A stretch of 57,539 nt of DNA. It comes from a virus. Its lineage: Duplodnaviria; Caudoviricetes. The translations under genes and the position numbers were made by a program. The stretch lies in the IMG/VR virus record IMGVR_UViG_3300033067_000809, positions 1-57,539 of that record; one strand, given 5' to 3'. The notes under the pieces were generated by a model that searched no databases, was not told the origin of the DNA, and saw nothing but the letters and a program-made list of their open reading frames with translations. Below, piece after piece: positions 47,880 through 57,392 of this stretch (position 1 is its first letter; every line of letters starts with the position of its first letter).

Positions 47880-48881
47880 TTAGGTGGCGCTGCCGACCTG
47901 CGCGACGACCAGGGCTTCCGGCTTGACAACCTTGCGGCCGTAGACGGCCAAACCGCGGACGATATCGCCGAAGTCGGTCTGGTTGCGCAGCGGCTCGGTC
48001 TTGTTCACCGTCATGGCAAACGAGCTGGCGTGCTTGGTGCCGGCAACCATCAGTCGGCGGGCCTTGGCGTTGGTGACCGCTGCGCCGGTGGACGGGTCGG
48101 ACAGGCCTGGGACCAGTGCTTTGCCCGCGGCGCCGCGCGGCAGCAGGTTGCTGACGTAAACGGTGAAGCGGTCCAGCATGCCGATCTTGCCGGTGCGGAT
48201 GGTGCTCGACTGGTCGCCCGTGAAGTATGCCTGGGCGATGTTCGACTGCATCAGCAGATGGCGATCGTACGGGGTGATGATCAGGAAGCGGCCGTCCTCA
48301 GGCACGTTCTGCTCGTCCAGGGTGCTGGACATGCGCAGAATGGCGTTCAGGATGTTGGCGGCGTTGGCCTGGTCGATCGGTGCGATGTCAGTGCCCAGGT
48401 TGTAGCTGGACGAGATCGCACCTGCGGTGGCGCCCATGTTCTTCAGCGCGGGGCCTTCAGTCACGAAGCTGTTGAAGAACACCTCGTTTTCGATCGAGAT
48501 CTTCAGCTGCTTGGCTGCGTCCTCGGTGAACATGTTCATCAGGTTCATGTCGGACTGGTACGCAAGCACCTCATTGACCTGAACGCCGAAGTATTTGCCC
48601 TTGTTGACCTGCATGTCCTGGAAGATCGGGGTCGGGACTTCGTAGCTCAGCGACTGGCCGGCGGTGTAGTCGGAGATGCTGATGGACGGCGCCAGGCGGA
48701 TTCGGATGGTGTCACCCTGGTTCTTCAGCTCGCCTTCGTAGTCGGTGTTGGTCACCTCCGACAAGATGGTGTTCTGGTAGAACTTGGCCAGCAGTTTGCC
48801 GGACCACAGAGTGGGGAGGAACGCACCGGAGTACGACGGGGTGGTGTTAAAGCCGCCGGAGACGGGAAAAACTGCAGCCAT
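47880..48881 (-). CDS. Major capsid protein
   Basis: P.LWSGKLL..F, NTDYEGE...GDTIRI, LDEQNVP..GR, YGRKVVKPEAL; follows scaffold. Confidence 0.92.
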   Translation of the reverse strand: MAAVFPVSGGFNTTPSYSGAFLPTLWSGKLLAKFYQNTILSEVTNTDYEGELKNQGDTIRIRLAPSISISDYTAGQSLSYEVPTPIFQDMQVNKGKYFGVQVNEVLAYQSDMNLMNMFTEDAAKQLKISIENEVFFNSFVTEGPALKNMGATAGAISSSYNLGTDIAPIDQANAANILNAILRMSSTLDEQNVPEDGRFLIITPYDRHLLMQSNIAQAYFTGDQSSTIRTGKIGMLDRFTVYVSNLLPRGAAGKALVPGLSDPSTGAAVTNAKARRLMVAGTKHASSFAMTVNKTEPLRNQTDFGDIVRGLAVYGRKVVKPEALVVAQVGSAT

Positions 48882-48918
48882 TTTGGGCTCCTAAAAACAG
48901 ATGGTGGTTTCGATGGCG

Positions 48919-49845
48919 TCAGGGGGCCACGCGCCCTTCCATGTACGCCGAATCAATTTCAGCTTCGACCTTGCGTGCCTCCTCGAGCTTGCCCGCAGCA
49001 CCTAGTTGGCGGACTTGTTGGAACATGCGATCGATGTCCAAAGTCGTATAGGTGCGGCCAGTTTGGCTCGTGGCTGTAGCCGGCGCGTTGCGCTTAGGTT
49101 GGACCTGAAGTTCCAGCTCGGACGATTTGCGTTTGCGGGGCTCTTCCGGCGACTGTGTTTGCTTGAACAGGTCGACGTAGTATGCAACACCTTCCGCGTC
49201 TCCGCGGGCAAATGCGTCTTGGGCAATCGTTTTTCGCGGGGCGCGAATCATTGGGTCGATTTCATTGAGCCAAGCAATCCATTTCGGATCTGCATTGACT
49301 GTGGAGAAATCGGGCACCAGCTGAGTCAGCTTCTGCTCGAACGACGACTCGACAACTTGAGCGCTGGTCGTTTGCAGCTGCGCGCGCAGCTGAGCATTTT
49401 CAGCTTTCATCGCGTCGAGATCAGCGCGGAACTCCTGCGCAACCTCACGAGCAACTCGGCGCTGTACTTCGATCAGGTCTTCACCGAACGCTTGCACGTC
49501 GGCGTCGGTAACCAGCTTTTCGTGCTTCTGCGGCTCGAGCTTTGGTGCTTCTGCGGCGCGTTGGAGTTGCTCCATGCGCTGGTTCAGCTCCTTGACCTGA
49601 GCGTGCAGTCGGGGGACCTCAGCATCATACATACCCTTGAGGGTTCGGTATTTCTGCTGCCAGGTTTCCTCAGGCACTTCGTTGGTCGCCGGCTTTGGCG
49701 CTGCTTCCGGTTGCGGCGTAGCCTCGACGGGTTGCGAGTCTTCGGTCAGCTCTGCCGAATACCCCGGATCTTGGGTGTCATTCAGCTGCTTTTCAATCGC
49801 TTCCAGCTCTTTCAGCTGCGCTTCAACTTGACGGGGCAATGCCAT
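48919..49845 (-). CDS. Capsid scaffolding protein
   Basis: Acidic coiled coil; W.QKYRTLKGMY; AYMEGRV end. Confidence 0.8.
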   Translation of the reverse strand: MALPRQVEAQLKELEAIEKQLNDTQDPGYSAELTEDSQPVEATPQPEAAPKPATNEVPEETWQQKYRTLKGMYDAEVPRLHAQVKELNQRMEQLQRAAEAPKLEPQKHEKLVTDADVQAFGEDLIEVQRRVAREVAQEFRADLDAMKAENAQLRAQLQTTSAQVVESSFEQKLTQLVPDFSTVNADPKWIAWLNEIDPMIRAPRKTIAQDAFARGDAEGVAYYVDLFKQTQSPEEPRKRKSSELELQVQPKRNAPATATSQTGRTYTTLDIDRMFQQVRQLGAAGKLEEARKVEAEIDSAYMEGRVAP

Positions 49846-49928
49846 TTAATTCTCCAAAAGCTCCAGCTCTGTCTTCGGCTCCCTACTGGTCTGCGTCGAC
49901 ATAATGGTTTGCTGTTTTACAAAACGAG

Positions 49929-50174
49929 TTACTTAGTAACCCGGTCCAAAAGCTCATGCGATTTTTCAACCGCATCAAGGAAATCGATCAGTATTTCAGC
50001 CCGGCCTTGGAGCCTGTGGATGCGGATGGGGTCATCCGCAACAACAAGGGCCTGCTTTACTTCGCTCAGCCTGTCGCGGAACAAATCAAGCAGCGCCGCA
50101 TTCTCCGGCAGCTTGCAGCGCGTGAGCGCCTGCATGTGCTGCCTGGTGGGCTTTATACCTACGAACAATTTCAT
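49929..50174 (-). CDS. Small conserved portal-adjacent protein (RLQGRA motif)
   Basis: Position and motif. Confidence 0.7.
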   Translation of the reverse strand: MKLFVGIKPTRQHMQALTRCKLPENAALLDLFRDRLSEVKQALVVADDPIRIHRLQGRAEILIDFLDAVEKSHELLDRVTK

Positions 50175-50180
50175 TTACGT

Positions 50181-50215
50181 GATTCTATACCACTTGACTG
50201 GGTAGTGGTCAAGTG
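50181..50215 (-). promoter_or_regulatory. Candidate promoter (TTGACC...TATAGAAT) overlapped by an 8-bp inverted repeat
   Basis: CACTTGAC 50191-50198 / GTCAAGTG 50208-50215. Confidence 0.5.
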
Positions 50216-50583
50216 AGATTTTCCAATTTGTACAGCGTCGAGTCCATCAACGCCACGGCCTCATCGATCAGATTCTGAATTTCAGAATGGTCGCACAGGC
50301 CGCTGCGTGTGTCATCGACATACCGGCGTAACGACCGAATCATCATCACCGGATCGGACTCCGCCTTGAATGGCAGTGCTGGGTATTGCAGGACACCATA
50401 CCGACCTTGGTATGCCTCGGCAATGGCGTCGACGTGGTCGACCAAGTCCTCATAGAAGCTACCCAGGGCCATGTGTTTAGCATAGCTCTTAGTTGTCAGA
50501 TGCATGACGTGCGCGTTGGTTCGTGCGTGCATCAGCTCCATCAGGAAGGCCCCCATCGAAGGCGATGTGTTGATACCCTTCAT
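50209..50583 (-). CDS. Ferritin/Dps-like protein (DUF5856-like)
   Basis: H..HL.T.SYA.H.AL..FYE.L....D..AEAYQG; IDE.......YKL; GGAG SD. Confidence 0.85.
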   Translation of the reverse strand: MKGINTSPSMGAFLMELMHARTNAHVMHLTTKSYAKHMALGSFYEDLVDHVDAIAEAYQGRYGVLQYPALPFKAESDPVMMIRSLRRYVDDTRSGLCDHSEIQNLIDEAVALMDSTLYKLENLT

Positions 50584-50596
50584 GTTCAATCTCCAG

Positions 50597-52684
50597 TTAA
50601 ACGCCACTAGGGCGGCTGACCATAATCGAGCCCTCGCGCCCACCAACTTGTGAGCCGTCCGGGAGCATGTTCTTCGGCGCGGGCGCCGGGGCTGCGCCGG
50701 CTTGCGTCGGAGCGCCTGCCGGCGCACCAAGCAGCATCGCCAGTTGCTGTTGGAGCTGCATAATGACCTGCTGCTGCTGCTCCAGCGTGCTGAGCGTTTG
50801 TCGATCTGGGACGATGCGGTCGACGTTTCCGTTGAGGTTGCGCGCGGTGTCGCGCAGCAGCTCGGCCGTGCCACCAGTCCCCACAATCTGCTGAGCCACC
50901 GGGCTGCTCAGCACCAGCTGCAAAAACTCGTTGCGGCGGATTGCCTCAGCTTCCTTGATCACCAGCGACGACGCCCCCTTGGCCACGATATTGACATCGC
51001 CAACCAGGTCGGGGTCTGCGCTGTAACGCAGGTTATCCTGATACAGCCGCTGGATGGCCGGCACAATGACGTTCTGGTCAATGTTGGAGATGACCTGCTT
51101 GATGCCTTTACCGGCATTGCTGATGAGCATCGACAAACCCGAAGACGTGCGCCCGGCGCCGGGGCTGTTTTCCCCCGACATGTACCTCGGAATCATGGTG
51201 TCTTCGTCTGCTCGGGCCGAGAACTTCTCGAGCACCGCCATGAGCTCGTTGGCGTTGCTGTTGGGCTGGAAAAACGACAGCGGGGGCTCGGCCGTGTTGA
51301 CGTCCGACGCCACGAACTGCCACAGCTTCCACGGATGCAGCTCTGTGATGTCGTCGCCGGGCGGGAGCCGGCTGATGTTAACGCCCACTTGAGGGCCAGA
51401 ACTGATGCCCATGTTGTTGGCAAGGGCCCGAGCTGCTGCGTTCACCATGGCCTGCGCGTCGCGGCACAGATCGGTCACACCCTTGCCATCCACGGACCCA
51501 GGCAGGTTCTCGTAGCTGGTCAGGTAGTAGGGTTTGCGGCCGAGCGGGTCGTAATTCAGCACCGCCCGAATCACTGTCGACCCGATGAGCCACACCTCGC
51601 AGGGGTAGCTCATGTCAATGTCAGGGACATCGCTCTCGGGTAGACCCCACTCGCGCAGCAACTTGCCCGGCACGGAGTCCCACAGCTGAACTGCATCCGT
51701 GAGGTCTTCGCTCAAGATCGAGTCGATGACGTACTTCCCCTCGGCTTCAGCCTTGGATGCGTCGGTCCACAGCCAGTGCTTGAGACCCCCGCCGGAGAAG
51801 TCTTTGAGGACCGTTCGGATGGCCGAGTCGTTGTATCCTGGCACGCCAATCAGCGCCTGCAGGTCGTCCGCCGTCATGCGATGACGCTCAATGACAAAGC
51901 CATCCTGGATGTCCCAGGCCCACGGCGCCCAGTAAACGTGAAACGGGTCGACGCGCTCCCACTCGTTGCGGATTTCTTCGGATGGGATCAGCTTTCCGTC
52001 CTGCCAGCGCAGCGTTTTGCGCTTGCGCTTGATCGGGCCTTTGAGCACCGCGTATGGGAAGGTGACCACATCGTCCAAGAACTCGTTGAGCGCCGCGTGC
52101 CAGCCGCCTTCTTGGAGCTGGTCTTCCATCTTGCGCTCCATGCGCTCGACGCGAGTTTCGGCTTCCTCGCGGAGCTGGCGCATCGCAGCGTCGCGCATCT
52201 GGGCTGCCACCTGGCGCAGCGTCTCGTCGTCCGGCATGGCCCCCTGCTGCATTGCGAGGTCGGTCAGCTGCTGCGCCAGCTTGGACTGCAGACCCTCCAT
52301 GATCTCCGGAGGCAGCGTGGGGTCCGGTGTGGCATCCAGGCTCCACGGTTTATCCGCGCCGGCGCCGAGCAGGGTGTCGCGCAGCCAGCTGGTAGCAGCT
52401 CGGCACTTCACGGATGTGAGGTTGATGTAGATGTCCGAGCCGCCGTCCTGGCGGATCTGGGCCAGCTTGTCCTGGTCATACTCTCCGTTGCGCTGGCGCA
52501 GGCACTGCAGCATGCGCTCTTCAAGCTTGCGTTTTGCCAGGCGCGCGGAGTCCCAGCGCTTTCGGACGTGTGCGGCCAACCCCTGGATAACCGGCTGGTT
52601 TTGCAGCTGGGCGTTTTCAGAGCGCGCCTGGGCCTCGAGATCCGCAGCGCGCGCCACAGGGATAAGTGCAATTCCTACTGCCAT
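50597..52684 (-). CDS. Portal protein
   Basis: 695 aa between TerL and scaffold; RTSSGLSML motif. Confidence 0.88.
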   Translation of the reverse strand: MAVGIALIPVARAADLEAQARSENAQLQNQPVIQGLAAHVRKRWDSARLAKRKLEERMLQCLRQRNGEYDQDKLAQIRQDGGSDIYINLTSVKCRAATSWLRDTLLGAGADKPWSLDATPDPTLPPEIMEGLQSKLAQQLTDLAMQQGAMPDDETLRQVAAQMRDAAMRQLREEAETRVERMERKMEDQLQEGGWHAALNEFLDDVVTFPYAVLKGPIKRKRKTLRWQDGKLIPSEEIRNEWERVDPFHVYWAPWAWDIQDGFVIERHRMTADDLQALIGVPGYNDSAIRTVLKDFSGGGLKHWLWTDASKAEAEGKYVIDSILSEDLTDAVQLWDSVPGKLLREWGLPESDVPDIDMSYPCEVWLIGSTVIRAVLNYDPLGRKPYYLTSYENLPGSVDGKGVTDLCRDAQAMVNAAARALANNMGISSGPQVGVNISRLPPGDDITELHPWKLWQFVASDVNTAEPPLSFFQPNSNANELMAVLEKFSARADEDTMIPRYMSGENSPGAGRTSSGLSMLISNAGKGIKQVISNIDQNVIVPAIQRLYQDNLRYSADPDLVGDVNIVAKGASSLVIKEAEAIRRNEFLQLVLSSPVAQQIVGTGGTAELLRDTARNLNGNVDRIVPDRQTLSTLEQQQQVIMQLQQQLAMLLGAPAGAPTQAGAAPAPAPKNMLPDGSQVGGREGSIMVSRPSGV

Positions 52685-52716
52685 TATTGACTCCTAATGC
52701 TGCTACTGTGCCTACT

Positions 52717-52995
52717 TTAAGCAGGCACAACCTCAATCGACCGCAGATTCAGCGATGCCAGGATAGCCTGCGTGTCGCCGAAATAGACCTTGCGAGGCCA
52801 GGTCACATCGTTGATGATGTCCGCCAGCTCCACGTTGTTAAAAGGCCCGCTGGTGACGTATGCAGTGGCGACGGCGGGATCAGCGCCTTCAGTGGCTTCG
52901 TAGTACCCGGCGTGGAAGTAATCCTGGTACTGCGCTTGTGCAGCGGCTTGATCTGCTGCGGCAATGATGACGGTGGCGTAGGTGTAATCGGCCAT
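52717..52995 (-). CDS. Hypothetical (possible fibre-associated protein)
   Basis: Coupled to the upstream fibre gene. Confidence 0.65.
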   Translation of the reverse strand: MADYTYATVIIAAADQAAAQAQYQDYFHAGYYEATEGADPAVATAYVTSGPFNNVELADIINDVTWPRKVYFGDTQAILASLNLRSIEVVPA

Positions 52996-54476
52996 CAGTA
53001 GGCTCCAGTCTTTTGATTGATGAATGTTTCGGTATTGGTAATCTCGCTGGCGCTTGCTTGTTTGCCAGCAATGACAAGCTGATGTAGGCGACCGTTGAAA
53101 AATCTGCTTGAACCAACCCTTGCGCCAATGTAAATTGGTTGATTACCAAAGTATCCAGTACCCGCGCTTGTCAGATACCAAGCCACATTGCTTGGCGTTA
53201 CTCCGTTTATTTTGCTTGCAATTTCCTGATCTTTGGTTGTTCCGGCGATATCGTAATAAATTGAGAGTAAATTTGTTATTGGTGCAATGTAGTTTAAGTC
53301 AGCTTTTGCAATAAGCGAAGTTCCTGCCAGTCCAAATTCGTAATTGTTGATAGGCGTGTAGTTAGCACTAGCAACAACAGAGAATCCTGGAGTGCCAGGC
53401 GTGTACCAAGGGCCATTTTCCACGATAACCCCAGTAGCAGCATCACTCAACTTCCTAACCCCAGCGCATACAAACATTTTGTCCGTCGCAGTGAAGTCAA
53501 TTGAGTTCGTCTGCATGGAACTGCTGGTGCCATTGAATCGCAGATATGGCTTGAACCCCACGGTATCGTAGTCTGTGCTGGTGTTGACGCGCTGGTAGGC
53601 AGACTGGCCTAAGGAGTCGTTGGTTGCGCGAATGTCTGCCTGGGTAACTGACCCGACAACTGTGACAACCAAAGACCCCGCTGCAGCACTGAATGTGTAT
53701 GTGCCCGCAGTCACGGCAGCCAAAACTGACGACCCAGAGAGTGCGATTGTCCCAGTCCCCGAGAAGGTCAGCCTGTAGCTCGTGGCTTGCGTCGTGACCG
53801 TTTGATTGCCTAGGGACTCTGTACCCGCCAGCAGGTTATATCGAGCACTCAACGTAGGTCTGTTTGCGCTGGTGGACTGGAAGGCGTGGTTGCCTGTGAG
53901 TTCTTTGACGGAGATGTTGTCTACTGTTCCTGCGAACGCATTACCTTTTACACCAAGTTGACTTGAGGTGCTTGTAAACATCCTAAACACATATGCACCA
54001 TTAGATGTTATGTTGCTAGAGTACGTAGCTGGCGCACCACCAACATAAATTTGCAAGCTGCCCGACGTGTAGTTACTAACGACAACCTTGCATTCGTAGT
54101 ATCTATATGCTTTTATTGCACTTGGTGTTTGGTATAAAAAATTCGATGTACCAGATGCAACCGCCTCACCTCCGGTAATAGTCCACCCACCACCTATTAA
54201 CCATCCAGTTGAACCACCAATGAAGTCTCCATTAGTAACCAACTCCGGCCCCAGCACTAACCCTTTGCTTTTATCCAGCATCAGCCCCACCGGCTGCTCG
54301 ACAGCCGTCACAGGAGTGGTGCCTGCGGCGTCTTGGAACAGTGTGCTGTAGTCGCTCGGGTCGTGCCAGAAGCCGTTGACGCCTGGGGTGAATATGGATG
54401 CAGGGGTAAACACTGGGGGTGCGGATAACCCGCCAACGAGCCTCGTGATTGCGAGCGATATGCTTGACAGCTGCAT
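52995..54476 (-). CDS. Putative head fibre with carbohydrate-binding/LamG-like domains
   Basis: W.DPSD.STLFQD.AGTTPV; ELVTNGDF; beta-rich; IYIGAR...FFNGR. Confidence 0.65.
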   Translation of the reverse strand: MQLSSISLAITRLVGGLSAPPVFTPASIFTPGVNGFWHDPSDYSTLFQDAAGTTPVTAVEQPVGLMLDKSKGLVLGPELVTNGDFIGGSTGWLIGGGWTITGGEAVASGTSNFLYQTPSAIKAYRYYECKVVVSNYTSGSLQIYVGGAPATYSSNITSNGAYVFRMFTSTSSQLGVKGNAFAGTVDNISVKELTGNHAFQSTSANRPTLSARYNLLAGTESLGNQTVTTQATSYRLTFSGTGTIALSGSSVLAAVTAGTYTFSAAAGSLVVTVVGSVTQADIRATNDSLGQSAYQRVNTSTDYDTVGFKPYLRFNGTSSSMQTNSIDFTATDKMFVCAGVRKLSDAATGVIVENGPWYTPGTPGFSVVASANYTPINNYEFGLAGTSLIAKADLNYIAPITNLLSIYYDIAGTTKDQEIASKINGVTPSNVAWYLTSAGTGYFGNQPIYIGARVGSSRFFNGRLHQLVIAGKQASASEITNTETFINQKTGAY

Positions 54477-54478
54477 GG

Positions 54479-54742
54479 TCAGTACATCGCGACGATGTTA
54501 GCAGCCGTGGTGCCAGTAGCCAAGACTTTGGTCACCTGGATTGGAAGTATGGACCCGGCCCCCACATTGGAGTAGGTCACGTTTCCGTTAAGGTCTGCCA
54601 CGGCCACGTTGCCTGCAGAGCCCACATACAAAGCGCGCGTGGTGTACAACACTGTGGTGTCGCTGGGGGTGACGGGCAGGCCGTAGCCTGCGGGGGCTGT
54701 GGATGCGGCACCGGTGTGTTCTGCGGGGGTACTGATGGCCAT
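54479..54742 (-). CDS. Head-spike base protein (RcGTA Rcc01079-like)
   Basis: VTPSD...TRALYVG.AGNV.V...LPI.V..V.ATGTTA..IVA signature. Confidence 0.85.
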   Translation of the reverse strand: MAISTPAEHTGAASTAPAGYGLPVTPSDTTVLYTTRALYVGSAGNVAVADLNGNVTYSNVGAGSILPIQVTKVLATGTTAANIVAMY

Positions 54743-54794
54743 GAGGACTCTCCAAACGTGGGTACTTCGGGCCGAAAATTACCAGCAAGGGCTC

Positions 54795-54828
54795 GGCGCA
54801 CTGGTTTCAAGTATAAAGCCAGTGCGCC
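54795..54828 (-). promoter_or_regulatory. 10-bp inverted repeat after the TerL stop, enclosing TATACT (- strand)
   Basis: GGCGCACTGG / CCAGTGCGCC. Confidence 0.45.
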
Positions 54829-54831
54829 AAA

Positions 54832-56304
54832 TCAGTTGTAAACCCGCGCAACGCGCACAACATTGCGCTTTTTGGCCTGCAGCCCGGCCCCTCGCACGTT
54901 CATGTCCATAATGGCGTCCGCATACTGGTTCGCGTCGTGCACATGCGAAAACTTGTTCTTGTCCGGCCTGTCTTCTTGCTCTCCGGTCTTTTTGGTCTTG
55001 TACCGATACCCCGACTTGAACCCTTTGATGAGCATGTCACACGAGGGGTCGATCAGGTACATGGCTTTGCCTTCGATCTGCTGGTTGAGCAGTCGCTCCA
55101 CGCTCTGTATGCGCAGTTCCGGGTTGTTGGTCGGCGGCTTGACGCACTTGAATCCGGCGGCCTTGAGTGCGTCCACCAGGGTCATCTCGTTGAGCTGCTG
55201 CTTGGCAAATCCGGCCGGGTCTGGCGCGCACACAAACGAGCACCCCTGAAACCGGTTGGCGATGAAAGGGTTGAGCTTGGTCTGCACAAACGTCTCGATC
55301 CCCATGTTCTCTGCGGTGATCTCGGCCAGAGTCAGCACGCGCCCGCGCGGATCGCGCTGCTTGAACACTGCTGCTGGCGTGCGGCCGAAGTCAACCCCGA
55401 TGACGATGGGATAGTCCTCGCTCTTCAAGGGGCGCAAGGAATATTTGGCTACGTGAAAGTCGTAGTTGAACGTCTTCTCGTAGACCGGCGTCCCGGACAG
55501 GCTTCGGCCGTACTCCGACCGCAAATAGACCCGCAGCCAGTCCTCCGATTTGCCGGGGATGATGTTGGGGTAATACTGCTTGGGCAAGTGGTCGTAGTTG
55601 TCCGCCTCGGGGTTGACCGCCCACTCCTTGCCGTCCTTGTCCAGCAGCACCTCATCCGGCGGCTCTTTGAAGCGCTCCAGGTATACCTCAGGTGTGATGA
55701 TGGCCGCCGGCTGCTTGTGGATGGTCCAGTTGCTGGGTGGGGCCTCCATTTTGTCATGCCACGCCGAGCCCTCGTCCGGCATGTTGGTGTCAAACAGCGC
55801 GCAGGAAGTTGTGGGGCCGCCATCCTTGGCCGACGGGTACCGGTTCAAGCGCGACAGCAGGCCGTCGACGACTTCCATGTGAAGCTCCCGCGCCTCATTG
55901 CCCCAGACAAACGTAGTTTCGAGCGATAGCGCTTTCCGAACGTCATCAGGCGTATCCAACGGGATGAAAATCCACTCGGACTCAACGCGCGTTCCATCTG
56001 ATAGTTTCGCCTGCAGGATGAATGTCTTCTCGGCTGCTTTCCATTGGCCGGCTTGCCCTGGCGGAAGCCAATCAAACACCGTCTTTCTTGTCGTCAAGGC
56101 CAACTGATCCGCAGTGTTTCGGACAATGATCGTCCGCGTCTTGCGAACTCCGTCGGCGTTGGGCTGCTGCAGACATGCAAGCCTGACTAGCTCATGCACA
56201 CAGGTAACGGATTTACCTCCGCCCACCGGCCCGGCCAACACCCGGACATACGCCGGGTCGAGCATGAATTCTTTCTGCGTCTGGGTTGGTTTGTATGTGC
56301 TCAT
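54832..56304 (-). CDS. terL: Terminase large subunit
   Basis: GPVGGGKS Walker A; WGNE; DTN; GVDFG; HVHDANQY. Confidence 0.95.
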   Translation of the reverse strand: MSTYKPTQTQKEFMLDPAYVRVLAGPVGGGKSVTCVHELVRLACLQQPNADGVRKTRTIIVRNTADQLALTTRKTVFDWLPPGQAGQWKAAEKTFILQAKLSDGTRVESEWIFIPLDTPDDVRKALSLETTFVWGNEARELHMEVVDGLLSRLNRYPSAKDGGPTTSCALFDTNMPDEGSAWHDKMEAPPSNWTIHKQPAAIITPEVYLERFKEPPDEVLLDKDGKEWAVNPEADNYDHLPKQYYPNIIPGKSEDWLRVYLRSEYGRSLSGTPVYEKTFNYDFHVAKYSLRPLKSEDYPIVIGVDFGRTPAAVFKQRDPRGRVLTLAEITAENMGIETFVQTKLNPFIANRFQGCSFVCAPDPAGFAKQQLNEMTLVDALKAAGFKCVKPPTNNPELRIQSVERLLNQQIEGKAMYLIDPSCDMLIKGFKSGYRYKTKKTGEQEDRPDKNKFSHVHDANQYADAIMDMNVRGAGLQAKKRNVVRVARVYN

Positions 56305-56594
56305 GTCCCCCTCTTCTTGGTCGTCAGAGCTTTCTCCAGCGTGGCCGCGTTGGTTTTAGGGTCATACTTGTAGTCGCCGGGCTTGTTCTTGCCTCCCGAA
56401 TACTTGGACTCGCGATCTTTGGCTCGACCGTCGTTGCCCAGGTCTTGGCGCTTCTTTCCAGCAGCAGTCAGCGTGCCGTCAGGTTTGATGTGCCCTCGTT
56501 TGACCAGCAAGCCGTGGGCAATCTTTGACGCATCACCTTCCCCGCGAGCAGCGATTTGTCGGGTCAGGCGCGTTTCGAGTTTGGACTTAGGCAT
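56301..56594 (-). CDS. Basic hypothetical protein
   Basis: AAGGA SD before MPKSK; coupled to TerL. Confidence 0.65.
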   Translation of the reverse strand: MPKSKLETRLTRQIAARGEGDASKIAHGLLVKRGHIKPDGTLTAAGKKRQDLGNDGRAKDRESKYSGGKNKPGDYKYDPKTNAATLEKALTTKKRGT

Positions 56595-57108
56595 TGGGGA
56601 TTTCCTTGGTTTCTGCGTCAATCGTAACCGGGGGTGCTGCCTGCGTGTTGCCGGCCGACAGGCTGATGGAGTGCCCGCCGCCCATGTCGATCGTGATCTG
56701 GAACCCTGGGCCGGCCGTGCTGGTGCGCTCTTCCTTGGGCTCCAGCCCCCCGGCTTTGATCAGCGTCTTCAGGACGTCGTGCTTCTGGGCCAGGCTGGCT
56801 TCCGAGCTGGATGCGGACAAGTAGACTTGGTCCAGCAGATCGCCGGCCATCCATGCGGCCTTGGCTTTGAATGTGACTCCGTTGCGGTCGAACTCATTGC
56901 GCTTGGCCGCCACCATCAGCTGGAACCACGGCTGCGCCTCAAGCTCCTGGTACTGCTGGATGCTCAGTCCGTGCCGTGCCGCCACCACCAGGTCGTCTTC
57001 CAGCCCCAGCGCTATGCTGGCCACCATTTCGTCGGACAACTGAGGAAAAGACTTGGTGCTGGGCTTGTACTCCAGCGGCTCGTCGTCGATGTCCATGTCT
57101 GGTGTCAT
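56587..57108 (-). CDS. Putative terminase small subunit
   Basis: Upstream of TerL; helical body with GFQITIDMG C-terminal strand. Confidence 0.6.
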   Translation of the reverse strand: MTPDMDIDDEPLEYKPSTKSFPQLSDEMVASIALGLEDDLVVAARHGLSIQQYQELEAQPWFQLMVAAKRNEFDRNGVTFKAKAAWMAGDLLDQVYLSASSSEASLAQKHDVLKTLIKAGGLEPKEERTSTAGPGFQITIDMGGGHSISLSAGNTQAAPPVTIDAETKEIPNA

Positions 57109-57278
57109 TGCTCGGCCTTCTTGGATGCGTCAGCTCTGTCCATGGCCTTGAGCAGACCGACCAGTGCGATGCGTATGATCTCGGAAACCGTGACGCCTTT
57201 GCGCGTGGCCAAGGCCTGGACTCTGTCGAACAGCTCGGGTTGGAACACCATGTTCCAGCGTCGCGTGCTTTTTTTCAT
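57105..57278 (-). CDS. Ribbon-helix-helix (CopG/Arc-like) protein, 57 aa, not in the ORF track
   Basis: MKKSTRRWNMVFQPELFDRVQALATRKGVTVSEIIRIAL...; AGGA SD; ATGA coupling to TerS. Confidence 0.8.
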   Translation of the reverse strand: MKKSTRRWNMVFQPELFDRVQALATRKGVTVSEIIRIALVGLLKAMDRADASKKAEQ

Positions 57279-57392
57279 ATGTATCCTGGGTAGTTTATAC
57301 GTAACGCATTCTAAGCCGTTTTTGTTTTGTGTGTATGTTTGCCGTTTTTACTACTTTACGTATTGGGCGATACGTATCTTTTTTATTTTTTT

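Noticed and set aside
50584-50886. 5' extension of the ferritin-like ORF overlapping the portal gene (possible frameshift fusion)
   Set aside because: Good SD at ATG 50583 and no slippery site recognised
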